The notes under the pieces are model-generated. The model made no database searches. It saw only the letters and a program-made list of their open reading frames with translations, and had not been told where the DNA came from. The translations under genes and the position numbers were made by a program. A stretch of DNA of 64,000 nucleotides from Nemertoderma westbladi. Lineage: Eukaryota > Animalia > Xenacoelomorpha. Within the stretch, counting starts at the first letter, position 1; the number at the start of each line of letters is the position of its first letter. Location: assembly GCA_032718475.1 (NCBI GenBank), contig JAUCBJ010006456.1, positions 22,430 through 86,429 of the forward strand, in the 5' to 3' direction. Shown one piece after another: positions 63,883 to 64,000 of this stretch.

Positions 63883-64000
63883 CTGTAATAACAATAATAA
63901 ATGTTAAAGGCCTACTTTGTCCAGTATTGGCTGATGAAGAAATATTTTGCCTCGCCCAACATAAAAGTGTATCAGTGCAATGAGGGGATGAGCAGTCTTA

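Overview
Eukaryotic (metazoan, invertebrate-like) AT-rich genomic DNA dominated by transposable elements; no prokaryotic genes, rRNA or CRISPR. Main contents: (1) a complete 6.5-kb LTR element (363-6883, minus strand, TG..CA, 5-bp TSD TGATA) with a gag-like region and no pol, a non-tRNA primer site complementary to its own LTR, ten GGCRC-N5-GTGCY hairpins and a covarying structured 3' module. (2) A complete 10.8-kb IS3EU-type DNA transposon (8932-19736, TAC..GTA, 6-bp TSD CAGATG) carrying an integrase-core transposase and a convergent HECT E3 ubiquitin ligase, with an EnSpm/CACTA-like element nested in it. (3) A minus-strand host gene running from beyond the right edge to 20398, encoding a membrane-tethered mucin-like protein (FN2 - Thr-rich stalk - EGF - cbEGF - SEA-like - hydrophobic tail). 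Its stalk is built from about 27 symmetric phase-1 micro-exons, many in tandem exon+intron arrays. (4) Introns filled with RTE/CR1-like LINE fragments, Gypsy- and BEL-like relics (one with a DEDDy exonuclease-like extra ORF), MITEs and minisatellites. All family calls come from motif recognition by eye, not database searches.
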